NCBI GenBank assembly: GCA_016839705.1
Contig: JAEOTR010000025.1
Span: 18,416 to 82,415, forward strand
Direction: 5' to 3'
DNA: 64,000 nt
Source: Promethearchaeota archaeon
Lineage (GTDB): Archaea > Asgardarchaeota > Lokiarchaeia > Sigyniarchaeales > SOKP01
Shown here one piece after another: positions 52,401 to 61,506 of the stretch. The first letter of the stretch is position 1, and each line of letters begins with the position of its first letter. Made by a program: the position numbers and the translations under genes. The notes under the pieces were generated by a model. The model worked only from the letters and a program-made list of their open reading frames with translations. It ran no database searches and had not been told where the DNA came from.

Positions 52401-53636
52401 TGAAAGCCCTCCCAGTTGAGCCACAATACTTTGAATTGATTGTAATGTGACTGAAAAGATTACATACGATATGAAGTAAGAAAATATCGTTCCTATTGTC
52501 GCTCCAATTATTCCCATTACTGTACCTTGCGTTAAAAACATTTTAAATGTCTCAGATTTGGATGCCCCTATTGCCTGGAACATACCTGTTTCATACTCTT
52601 GTTCTTTTTTAATAATGTTAAAAATATTCATCATTAGTATAATTGCAAGGATTAATGAGATTAAACCAAAAATTAGAAAAACAGTCTCCATTGTACCCAT
52701 TGTAGTACTTATCATCTCTAAATTATTTGATTTTAAGTCATTAACTTTCCAATCTCTCCCATCATTAAGTTCTTCTAAAGTCTTTTCAATATTCTCAACT
52801 ACGGAAGATACAGTATATATATCATCAACACCTATGACCCCTAGATTATATTCACCAGTATGATTTTCTGTTCCATCCACTAGTTCATGAGCATTATTAA
52901 TATTTACAAATAATCCTTGTCCTCCTCCACTACCCAACAGATTTCTTGAAGATTCTGATGGGTTTTCTGGATCAAAATCTTTCCCTTCACCGATATCTCG
53001 TATTATCGCAACAACGGTATATTCAAGCCATGTTCCTGTATTTAGCGGGTTATAACCAAGAAATTCTCCGTCATTTGGTAGAATCCAAACACTATCATTC
53101 GCTTTAAGATCTTTTCCTAATTGAATTTTAAGTGATTCTGAAATAACTACTACTTTATCTCCAGTATCTTCAGAAGTATAATCGAGAAGTTTTTCAATTG
53201 TATCTACATTGCTCACTGAATCTAATATAAAGGGTTTCCCACCTAAATCTTGTTCATCTACATCTTGAGGATCAATCCCATATATCCCTGTTCTTGTGCT
53301 ATTTTCTACTTGGTTTCCACTATCAGTAGCACTAATATAAACATTGAAACCTGAAATCCGGTAAGCAGTTGATTCAACATGCCTTACATCTTCTATTTCA
53401 CTATTTATTTCATCAGGTTCAAACCAACCGTCAGTACTGTTAGCAGATCTAATTAAAATATCTGCACTACCTAATTGATTATCCATAGTATCTAACATCA
53501 TTACATTGAATGAATCAGATACGATTAAAACTCCACCAAATAAAGCTACGCTAATAACAAGTGTGATTGTTGTAAGAATATATCGAAGCTTACGTCTTTT
53601 CATATTGCGGAAAGCAATCTTTAATATCGCGCCCAT
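49446..53636 (-). CDS. Very large FtsX/MacB-type ABC permease
   Basis: Two FtsX halves (ETGMFQAIGASK; RRREIGMLRSIG), N-terminal AFRNMKRRKLR, large extracellular loops. Confidence 0.9.
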   Translation of the reverse strand: MGAILKIAFRNMKRRKLRYILTTITLVISVALFGGVLIVSDSFNVMMLDTMDNQLGSADILIRSANSTDGWFEPDEINSEIEDVRHVESTAYRISGFNVYISATDSGNQVENSTRTGIYGIDPQDVDEQDLGGKPFILDSVSNVDTIEKLLDYTSEDTGDKVVVISESLKIQLGKDLKANDSVWILPNDGEFLGYNPLNTGTWLEYTVVAIIRDIGEGKDFDPENPSESSRNLLGSGGGQGLFVNINNAHELVDGTENHTGEYNLGVIGVDDIYTVSSVVENIEKTLEELNDGRDWKVNDLKSNNLEMISTTMGTMETVFLIFGLISLILAIILMMNIFNIIKKEQEYETGMFQAIGASKSETFKMFLTQGTVMGIIGATIGTIFSYFISYVIFSVTLQSIQSIVAQLGGLSITNFEIVLLPITVLTTFVVGLVSCIIASLYPSWKASRKPIIENLNPIEEKSKREKKHYWKRIILFILGGLLIFSGTWLIIFPPESITEFAMSQGSIPGMDQGLVITMFAPILILFGIIWLLALSIKPLNKTFVTLFSPYLRKTKLLTEKNILRHRRRTSLTFTMIALTTSFLIGMSVMMDSMRAGIGTTINDFMGADIRLYTFNTPRSFEEGLINQSGVDDVMGVSHQNAQIQINNDWVGHSLLDSEWNESITINIVDTAKIKKHMTKTIIISPTTMTLNEMMNELKITNNIILEEDFADDYNLNVGGNLSVKFSLGTTYANLTAILDGNDYNAYEDTIIVNMTIIAIVRSIQGFSSLDLLGFQSGGKSYNMFISWETYEEIANKNLPGGGTDLAFRKLTQTGNPMLDLVQPNWFNFSTVESILNGMSGIEYYTTRMDFYTPVSFNSSVIDYASSVAGIHTNSTGKLKSDLYFGNNSLVSKKAGYNGTTMEEILNTTENICVVDENFITNNPTIVIGDNITIFPHQFNLETISAGAFPYNTTAIPYINNYSSASGSTLNLTLSDDVYLSFVSNQTWLALNITVNLLPTNLYNAINITVETSVNTTVDSLELEVLNIYTNTFENLGPISNITETNNTFNFDINHYYINPIGDIKLRIIGQNSTYNSNYNLTIDSIKLGLAKSIYSTITPDLWPKFEIVGIIKAPTLYNTERYNWYAGFEAGFDVSGNSIYLNYEKTRNIIFSDYSGSDYSNDFVTSILVHSDHPENISVYKNFLLQNLHFIAGGFWSMIDLKSFTLQIRTNVYDWFSWVEQGAHDEDVLEEEVNYIEDRGYLIIFAFTKSFMSSTFRTMINLIVFIMNGLLIFAIIIAMLGLTLHSLLTTMARRREIGMLRSIGLSKKGVIRSISGETLILALLGVLTGIFAGLIQGSLMVEAMPSGGFLAVTWTIPWTTIIILVVTVLITVILSSRYPAKWAANLNIIDAVRTR

Positions 53637-53897
53637 TTTTTCCTTTTCTCTTTTAATATACTTTTTGTTTTATTTTTAGATTATGAAGAAATAATCCTTA
53701 TTTTGCACTGTTTTGCGAATTATATCAAACACGGTTTATTTAAGTATTAATTTGATTCAAATTAAAAGATTTGATAATATGATATCATTAATTATGCCAT
53801 TTAAATAACTTAAACCTTTCTGTAATTTTATAAAAGAATAAGAATACTAAAATCAAACAAAAATTTTTATTTTTTCTTTTTATTTCTCACTACATAT

Positions 53898-54974
53898 ATG
53901 AATGCCAAGGAGAGATATCTAGCAGTCTTTGACGAAAATAAACGGAAAAAATTGGATCGTGTTCCTACGTTTGTCCAGTATATTCGACCCGAGTTTGTTG
54001 AGTTGCATCAACAACGGTTTTTAAACATGAGTGTACCATTCCAGTCAGAAGTTTCCAGATTTAAAAACGCTTATTTTATGGGTTTTGAATCTGTTTTTGG
54101 GAATGTCCATCCTGGTTTAAGAGTAAGTAGGGTAGAGTTAGAAGATAAGAACGGTGAAAAGGTGATAGTGGGTTGGAATGGTCAACCACCTGCAATAAAA
54201 ATGGATTATTACCAAAGAGGATTATTTTTCTCAATTGAAAATCTAAACAAGGTGCGAGAAACAATGCGTAAAGTTGACGATTCTGCAGAAATTAAGAAAA
54301 CTATGGACCATTTTGAAGGGATTTCACCTCATATTTTTCCAGTTTTAGCTTTAGGTGGGATATTTGATACTTTGTGGCAATCTATGGGATTTAATAATTT
54401 TGCCTATCATTATCGGAAAAATACGAAGCTTTACCGGGAAATAATTAAATATTTTGCGGAATTAACGCTTATTCGAGTTCAATCAGTCATTGACACAACT
54501 GGGAATCATGCCGGAGTTTTAAATATCAATGATGATATAGCATTCAAGGGTCGACCAATGATTTCTCCTGAAAGGTGGGAAAAAGATATCGGGAAATATT
54601 ATAAAGAAATATGTTCTATAATAAGAGATGCGGGAATGAAAACCACATTGCATTCAGACGGAGATGTGACCATTATGGTCCCGGTTTTGAAAAGAATTGG
54701 TTTTAGTGGGGTTCAAGGCTGGGAAGGAGGAGCAGATCCGTATAGCATCAATGAAAAGTATCCTGATTTTGTGATCAATGGATTTGGTGATATATCCCAA
54801 GTTATTCCTTTCGGTTCCAAAGAAGAGATTTTCAATCATGTGAAAGAATTAATGGATGCTCTCAAAGAAAATCGTCATTTTATAATCGGACCGAGTACAG
54901 TCATTTATGAAGGTATACTCTTTGAAAATGTGGAATATTTCATTAAAGCCTCAAGGCGTTACGGCAAATATTAA
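53898..54974 (+). CDS. Uroporphyrinogen decarboxylase/MtaA-like TIM-barrel protein
   Basis: MNAKERYLA..DRVP, DDIAFKGRPMISP, LHSDGD. Confidence 0.75.
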   Translation: MNAKERYLAVFDENKRKKLDRVPTFVQYIRPEFVELHQQRFLNMSVPFQSEVSRFKNAYFMGFESVFGNVHPGLRVSRVELEDKNGEKVIVGWNGQPPAIKMDYYQRGLFFSIENLNKVRETMRKVDDSAEIKKTMDHFEGISPHIFPVLALGGIFDTLWQSMGFNNFAYHYRKNTKLYREIIKYFAELTLIRVQSVIDTTGNHAGVLNINDDIAFKGRPMISPERWEKDIGKYYKEICSIIRDAGMKTTLHSDGDVTIMVPVLKRIGFSGVQGWEGGADPYSINEKYPDFVINGFGDISQVIPFGSKEEIFNHVKELMDALKENRHFIIGPSTVIYEGILFENVEYFIKASRRYGKY

Positions 54975-55034
54975 GATTTTACTTTGTTATTTCAACTACC
55001 CAAAATACAAAATAAAGAATTATTAATATAAAAA

Positions 55035-55943
55035 TTACTCAATTACTAGTTCTTTAATCATCTTTCTTGAATTTATTATATCCAATAGTGTGGAAGAATT
55101 TTTAATGCTCAAGACATCTGACCAAATATTTACCTGTTGGTAATTATATTCTGAGAGGTTTTTAGACTCCTTCAAATCCCTATAATAGGTTTCCATTTTC
55201 TTTACTTGGTTTTGATTAGCTGCACCATTTTTCCTCAAAGTTTTATAATCATCAAAAGAAAGGCCCCATTTATCTTTATTATCATTAGCATTTCCTTCCA
55301 TTGAATTCCCCACAAGATAGTTATTCCATAACTTATTATCAATAGGTGGAACAACCATGATTGCTATATTTCTACGTAGTTTTCCATGAAGATTATCTCT
55401 TAGATAGGCGCTTATTGGAGTTTCAAAACCAAATAGTGAGATAAAAATAATCTGTGGGATTATCTTAGAATATTGTTTATACTCTTTTTTATGTAGTAAT
55501 TGAGTATATTTCTTTACTTCTTCTGATAGTTTAAGCATCTGAATTAATTTTAACGGTTGTATTTTCTTATTGGCAAAAACAAAGGTAATTTTAAGATTGT
55601 AATTTAATTTTTCTCCCTCATTAGAATATTGATCTTCTATTTTTTCCATTGATTTATTCAAACGATTTCTTGAATTCTTCGAAGCTGGATTAGAAATCTG
55701 GTTTTCAAGTTTACTAATAATAACTAAATCAGCAATTCTTTGTTTTAATTCATTCTTAAAAGCAAAATTGTGATTTCGAATTGTCTGAATAGAATCATTT
55801 TTTGACTTAATAATTTTATTTTCGATTAAATCTATGTAAGGATTATATATTTTCTGCCACATTTCTGAAAACCCGTCCATATCTAATAATGAGAAAGGAT
55901 AATTTCTCAAAATATTAGATTTACTTTCTGTTTGTATCATCAT
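55035..55943 (-). CDS. Hypothetical protein
   Basis: 302-aa ORF; no confident family. Confidence 0.65.
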   Translation of the reverse strand: MMIQTESKSNILRNYPFSLLDMDGFSEMWQKIYNPYIDLIENKIIKSKNDSIQTIRNHNFAFKNELKQRIADLVIISKLENQISNPASKNSRNRLNKSMEKIEDQYSNEGEKLNYNLKITFVFANKKIQPLKLIQMLKLSEEVKKYTQLLHKKEYKQYSKIIPQIIFISLFGFETPISAYLRDNLHGKLRRNIAIMVVPPIDNKLWNNYLVGNSMEGNANDNKDKWGLSFDDYKTLRKNGAANQNQVKKMETYYRDLKESKNLSEYNYQQVNIWSDVLSIKNSSTLLDIINSRKMIKELVIE

Positions 55944-55971
55944 ATACTTTAAACCTTTTTTTAATTTTAAA

Positions 55972-56028
55972 TTGGGTGAATAGAGAAATGAATGGTTAAT
56001 TTTTAGAGAATTCGCTCTATTCCCCTAA
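55972..56028. promoter_or_regulatory. Imperfect stem-loop upstream of the 55035-55943 gene
   Basis: GAATAGAG (55978-55985) pairs with CTCTATTC (56015-56022), extended by GGG/CCC outside and GAAT/ATTC inside. Confidence 0.4.
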
Positions 56029-56127
56029 TCGTTTATTTTTGTTTTGAGTGATTATCCCTTTGCTAATCTCATAATATCTTCAATTTAAGGATTCATTATC
56101 AAAAAAGCTAAAAGATATTTGTCACTT

Positions 56128-56158
56128 TCATTGTCGAAATCATTAAGAACGACAATGA
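56128..56158. promoter_or_regulatory. Perfect 9-bp inverted repeat with 13-nt spacer
   Basis: TCATTGTCG-N13-CGACAATGA in a 577-nt intergenic region. Confidence 0.4.
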
Positions 56159-56519
56159 TACATGAGATATGGTTTAAGAACAAATCTAAAACTTTAAGAT
56201 TTTAAGGATCTCACATTTTTTTTATGTCTGTATTAATAGAAGTAATAATGATATTTATATTTAACTTTAAATAAATGTAAATTATTGAAACTCAGCAGAA
56301 TTATTATCTCTTTATTTTTTAAATTAAAAGCAGAGATTTTTTTTATTTTAGCCTCCTAAAATCCGCATATCTGAATAAATTATTTAGATTTTTAGAGAGA
56401 TTAATAATTTGGAGTAATAATTAAAAGAAAAGATTCCCAAGATTCTGTAATTTGACATTTAAGAAAATATTCCAAATCAATTCATTTAAATTATAATATT
56501 TTTCAATTCTCAGGTCAAA

Positions 56520-57464
56520 TTAGGGTTGGATGCGTCCAAACTTCTGATGATAACCAATTTCTTGTTTCGAGGATAAATTAAAATCATATTGAATATACAT
56601 AGCCCGTGCTCTAACCATAGGCTCTACAAAGAAAAACCTTATTGAAAACACACCGTCTTTCTTCAGAAATACTGGTAAAAGAGTCCATTTTGCATAGTAA
56701 TAATTTTCCATGAGCAAATCCGATCCCTTCTTGAAGAGTTCCATTTCTACTGAGTTAAGGATTGAATGATTCTTGTAAATAAGTTTGGATCTCGAAAAAT
56801 GAGATTTTTTTTCAATAAGAACTGATAATGTATTCTGAGAACTATCTTTTTCAAAAATATAATAATAGAAGGGTAGAACTCCAGGAAAATATTTCTGATT
56901 ATCTTTAAGATGAGAATCAATCCAGATTTTTGTAATAATTCGATATAAATAATAGAGGAGAACAAAATAAGTATAATTATTAATAGCTAATAAAAGAAGG
57001 AAAATATCAGGAAAGTAAAAATAAATTATCAAAAGGGTGGTAATAAATACCCAAGAAGTTAGTAGTGTAAACGAGCTCCCCGCCTTTTCCGCATAATAAC
57101 AATACTCCCTTTTAGATACAGGATAAAGAAAAGGAATTTTGGTAGTAGTGAGTAAGTCAAGTGATACATGAATTCCATAAAAGATTATCCCTATAATCCA
57201 AACAATAATAAAAGGTTTTTGTGTTAGAATTGAATATATAGCACCTATAATCCCGGCTAATATTATCCCAATAAAGTATGAATGAGAACCCGAACGATGC
57301 TCAAGATAATTTGATTTAAAAACTCGTTTTAAAGGAAAAATAAATATATCCAAATCTGGTAAAATGGAAAAAAAGATAGCAAGTATCAAATAATCAAAGG
57401 TAACCTCCTTTAAAAAAAAAAGATACATAAGTGCTCCAAAAACTAAATGAGTGAAAAAGTCCAT
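56520..57464 (-). CDS. Membrane-bound metal-dependent hydrolase (YdjM-like)
   Basis: MDFFTH, ILPDLD, HRSGSHS, HVSLDLL. Confidence 0.85.
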   Translation of the reverse strand: MDFFTHLVFGALMYLFFLKEVTFDYLILAIFFSILPDLDIFIFPLKRVFKSNYLEHRSGSHSYFIGIILAGIIGAIYSILTQKPFIIVWIIGIIFYGIHVSLDLLTTTKIPFLYPVSKREYCYYAEKAGSSFTLLTSWVFITTLLIIYFYFPDIFLLLLAINNYTYFVLLYYLYRIITKIWIDSHLKDNQKYFPGVLPFYYYIFEKDSSQNTLSVLIEKKSHFSRSKLIYKNHSILNSVEMELFKKGSDLLMENYYYAKWTLLPVFLKKDGVFSIRFFFVEPMVRARAMYIQYDFNLSSKQEIGYHQKFGRIQP

Positions 57465-57582
57465 CTTTATTAAGGTAAAAAATCGATCTTTTTTATTTTA
57501 TCGTTTATAAATATGAGATTTAATTAGAATTCATTTTATACATTTTTTATAATTCTTTTTTATCGTTTGATAATATCCTAAT

Positions 57583-58308
57583 TTATCTTGATTTTTTATA
57601 TAATATAATTCCAATTGAAATCAGCACTGCTATGATTGCTATTATAACAGTTATAGAGACAAATAACACAAAATTTGAGTCATCTGTACCACCTGTTTCT
57701 ATTAGTGATAAAGTTGATATCGTTACATCATTGCTTTTAATTTCTTCTTTTATCAATATTCCTTGTTGGTTATAAGTAAGAACAGCTTGAATATTAGCAA
57801 TATAAATAGTTATCGTGTCGTTAATAACATTTGCAGACCAAATTGTATAATTTTCAATAAATCCTTTCACAATATATAGATCTACAGGGTCATTCGGAAT
57901 AATGTAATATCCTCCGTAGCCTTCCATTAAAAGATTATTCATGCATTGTTCATATCTAAAAAATTGATTGGTTTTATTATACAACAAGCATGTTTGATTT
58001 TGATATTCTATATAATCAACAATCAACACGTCATAGGTATTTGAACTGGAAATCAACTCACTGACAGTTATGTTAACCCCCAATGAATTGATTACATCGT
58101 AATGCTGATATAATCTTACAAATTCTACTTTGAATCTTGACGGTCCAGAAGCTACATTATCATCAAAGTCATATTCTAAAAAATCACCCTCATCTACAGG
58201 AACTGAAGAATCTCCTATCCTAAAACCCGCAAAAACGGAAGTTATACCACTGGAAAAAACAAATAACAATATACTGACATTATAAAAGAGAAGGTTTTTT
58301 CGTTTCAT
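57583..58308 (-). CDS. Secreted, C-terminally anchored hypothetical protein
   Basis: Signal-peptide-like N-terminus; C-terminal TM helix followed by KKSR. Confidence 0.7.
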   Translation of the reverse strand: MKRKNLLFYNVSILLFVFSSGITSVFAGFRIGDSSVPVDEGDFLEYDFDDNVASGPSRFKVEFVRLYQHYDVINSLGVNITVSELISSSNTYDVLIVDYIEYQNQTCLLYNKTNQFFRYEQCMNNLLMEGYGGYYIIPNDPVDLYIVKGFIENYTIWSANVINDTITIYIANIQAVLTYNQQGILIKEEIKSNDVTISTLSLIETGGTDDSNFVLFVSITVIIAIIAVLISIGIILYKKSR

Positions 58309-58380
58309 CTAAATTTAATGTTTTACATTCATAAAAAACCCATAATTAAGAATATAAAAAAATTATAAATTAAATAGTTT

Positions 58381-59574
58381 TTATTTTTGATACCCATTCC
58401 ATTTATCTTCAAGATTAGGATCTTGAAGTGTTTCCATTAAATATTTCGCATATTCTTCTCCAGTTGCTCCAGTATCTCTCCCGGTTAACACTACTTTCTT
58501 TTCATATTGAGCACATATATCAAGTGCCATCTCAAGTTTTCTTGATTTTTCCGTAAAACCTATATGGTTTAAAAGTAATGCCGCAGCTTTTATGATACTT
58601 GATGGATCAGCATATTTAGCCCTTCCCTCTTCCACCATTCTTGGGGCAGATCCATGGATTGCTTCAAACATAGAATATTGCTTGCCAATGTTAGCACTAC
58701 CTGCAGTTCCCACCCCACCTTGAAGCTGAGCAGCTTCGTCGGTTATGATATCTCCATAAAGATTTGGTGCCACGAAAACCTTGAAGTCTTTTTGACGCGC
58801 AGGATCAACTAATTTTGCGGTTGCGATATCTATGTACCAATCATCCCATTTTACTTGGGGATATTCTTTTGCAATCTTCTCTGCCATTGCAAGAAATTTT
58901 CCATCAGTAGTTTTGACCACATTTGCCTTGGTTACCACCGAAACTCGATTAATATTATTTTTTGCAGCATAATCGAAAGCTAAACGAATTATTCGGTCTG
59001 ATCCTTGAGTAGTAATTACTTTAAAGTCGAAAGCTAAATCATCAGTAATATTAATTCCTCTAGATCCTAATACATATGCTCCTTCTGTGTTTTCTCTGAA
59101 GAACATCCAATCTATTCCTAATTCAGGAACCTTCACTGGTCGAACATTTGCGAATAGATCAAGCTCCCGTCTCATCGTTACGTTAGCACTTTCAATATTA
59201 GGCCATTTATCTCCTTTACGTGGTGTCGTAGTTGGACCCTTTAAAAGTACATGGCACTTCTTTATTTCAACTAAAACATCATCAGGAATAGCCTTCATAA
59301 CTTTTGCTCGATTTTCGATTGTAAGTCCTTCGATCACTCTAAATTCTACTTTTCCATCGCTTTCTTCTTCTTTCAGCAAAAATTCTAAAATCTTTTGTGC
59401 ATGTTTCGTAATAAATGGTCCAATTCCATCTCCACCTACAAAACCTATAATGATTGGTTTCAAACTGGAATAATCGGTCCAATCTCCCGCTTTTTTCATA
59501 CGTTCAACGCGTTCCAATTGTTCCGAAACTAACTTCTCAAAATGTTCTTTTGCATTTTCAATAATTTCTTTCAT
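58381..59574 (-). CDS. Isocitrate/isopropylmalate dehydrogenase family, probably isocitrate dehydrogenase
   Basis: GDGIGP, KGPTTTP, SANVTMRRELDL, RENTEG, PNLYGDI, FEAIHGSAP; follows aclBA. Confidence 0.8.
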   Translation of the reverse strand: MKEIIENAKEHFEKLVSEQLERVERMKKAGDWTDYSSLKPIIIGFVGGDGIGPFITKHAQKILEFLLKEEESDGKVEFRVIEGLTIENRAKVMKAIPDDVLVEIKKCHVLLKGPTTTPRKGDKWPNIESANVTMRRELDLFANVRPVKVPELGIDWMFFRENTEGAYVLGSRGINITDDLAFDFKVITTQGSDRIIRLAFDYAAKNNINRVSVVTKANVVKTTDGKFLAMAEKIAKEYPQVKWDDWYIDIATAKLVDPARQKDFKVFVAPNLYGDIITDEAAQLQGGVGTAGSANIGKQYSMFEAIHGSAPRMVEEGRAKYADPSSIIKAAALLLNHIGFTEKSRKLEMALDICAQYEKKVVLTGRDTGATGEEYAKYLMETLQDPNLEDKWNGYQK

Positions 59575-59656
59575 TATAAATTACCTTATATTTTCATGCA
59601 TTTATTTGTTTAACAATTAAATTTGAAATTATTTTTCTAATTTATTTAATTTTTCT

Positions 59657-61501
59657 TTATTCTGTAAATAATATTTCATCATATGGTTGGCGGAATAATC
59701 CTGCCCTTTGTCTCTTTTGGTCAAATATATGCCCCATCATACCAATTGTTCTTCCCAGGACGAACAACCCATTTAAGGCTTCACTGTAAATAACATCTTC
59801 GATTTCTTCCAAGCTATAATCAAGATTTTCTAATAAATCTAAAAAGGTGATACCAATACATCCATCTACATTTAATATAAGGTTATTTCTTTTAGATGTA
59901 GTAACCATCTCAACTTCTAAAGCATAATCTAAGTGAGGATGTTTCGGGAAATTCTTAAGAATAAATTCTTTTAACAGTACTACTCGCATATCAGGATTTT
60001 GAACGGATTTAACTCTATGGCCTATCCCAGGGATGTTTATTTTTACTACTTGTTTCATATAGTCTACAAACTCTACGGGCTTCATTTGTTTATGCATTGC
60101 TTCTCTGAAATATTTCGCAGCATCAGATACAGCCCCTCCAAATCTAGGACCTATAGTTAATATACCACTAGCTAAAGCTGACATTAAATCTTTTCCTGCT
60201 CTAGCTGTTACTATTACATTATGAGCGCCTGAGACTGCAGGACCATGGTCAGCAGTTAATTTTAGAACAAATTCGATATATTGCTGAGCAAATTCCGGTA
60301 ATTCTCGTTTAAACCATAACAAGCCAATGACATAGCCTAATGATTTATTCTCCCGTATAATTTTATCCAGTGGTACTTGATTAAAGGTAACGATTTCTCC
60401 CCTGTCATCACTGATAGTTACCACAACATCGGTCGCTCTTCTAACTAATCCTAATCGGGTTGCATCATTAAAATCAATAGGAATTTTGGGTGGTTCGAAC
60501 TCTTCAGCAGGTTTAATTACTCCCTCATTTACTAATTTATCGAATGTTTTTCGTATTAACTTATCTAGATCTTCATAAGAGTCAGGAACTATGGCGCCTA
60601 TCTCTCTTAATGCTTTATTTTTTGCTTCTGCTGTTTCTATATCACTTCCTGCCATAGCTCCAGCGTGCCCAAATTGCAATCCTGCAGGTAAAATCCGAGC
60701 ACCAGTTCCCGCAACCCAAATTACTAAGGGTTTGGTAATAATTTTTGATTTAATGGCTTCTACAATAGCATATTCATCTTTTCCACCAATTTCACCCAAA
60801 GCAACGAGCATTTTAATATGAGGATTCGCTTCATAGCGTAATAAATGATCGATTAATTGAGATCCAGGATATCTATCTCCTCCAATCGCGATTCCTTCAT
60901 AAATCCCATCAGTTGTTTGGGATATCATGAAATTCATCTCATTTGACAACCCACCAGACTTAGAAACAAAACCTACTGAACCGGGTCTATATAGTTTGGA
61001 TAATATTATATTTTCAATAGTTCCCGCAGTATTTCCTATTTTAAAAGCACCCGCCTTAATCCCCCCTACAGTAGCCGGACCAATAATAACCTTATTTCTT
61101 TCATTGGCGATTTTAATAAGATGCCGAGTTTGTCTTTCTGGCATTCCCTCAGCGATAATAGCTACTGTTCGAATTGTATCAGATTGAAGTGCTTCTTTGC
61201 TCGTAGGATATGCTGATCGAAATGAAGCAAAATTAACCATGACATCAGCATTGGGATGATTTTTAACAGCTAATTCAAAGGTTTTATAGAGAGGTACAAC
61301 AATCTCATTTGAACCCCAAAAAGTCTTATGATAAGCAACAGCAGCATCTTGAGTTGGGCGTATCACTGCTGCAACTGAGGGGTTCTCTCGTTTACAAATA
61401 AAATCAAAGTCTAACATCCTTTGGATTGCATTTGCTTGAAAACCATAAATTATTGCTTGAGTATTCTTATCAAATAAATTGTAATCTTCCATCATCTTCA
61501 C
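59657..61501 (-). CDS. aclA: ATP citrate lyase alpha subunit
   Basis: IQRMLDFD, NFASFRSA, IIGPATVGG, FGHAGA phospho-His, ADHGPAVSGAHN, GIGHR, LILNVDG. Confidence 0.95.
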   Translation of the reverse strand: MKMMEDYNLFDKNTQAIIYGFQANAIQRMLDFDFICKRENPSVAAVIRPTQDAAVAYHKTFWGSNEIVVPLYKTFELAVKNHPNADVMVNFASFRSAYPTSKEALQSDTIRTVAIIAEGMPERQTRHLIKIANERNKVIIGPATVGGIKAGAFKIGNTAGTIENIILSKLYRPGSVGFVSKSGGLSNEMNFMISQTTDGIYEGIAIGGDRYPGSQLIDHLLRYEANPHIKMLVALGEIGGKDEYAIVEAIKSKIITKPLVIWVAGTGARILPAGLQFGHAGAMAGSDIETAEAKNKALREIGAIVPDSYEDLDKLIRKTFDKLVNEGVIKPAEEFEPPKIPIDFNDATRLGLVRRATDVVVTISDDRGEIVTFNQVPLDKIIRENKSLGYVIGLLWFKRELPEFAQQYIEFVLKLTADHGPAVSGAHNVIVTARAGKDLMSALASGILTIGPRFGGAVSDAAKYFREAMHKQMKPVEFVDYMKQVVKINIPGIGHRVKSVQNPDMRVVLLKEFILKNFPKHPHLDYALEVEMVTTSKRNNLILNVDGCIGITFLDLLENLDYSLEEIEDVIYSEALNGLFVLGRTIGMMGHIFDQKRQRAGLFRQPYDEILFTE

Positions 61502-61506
61502 CTTCT

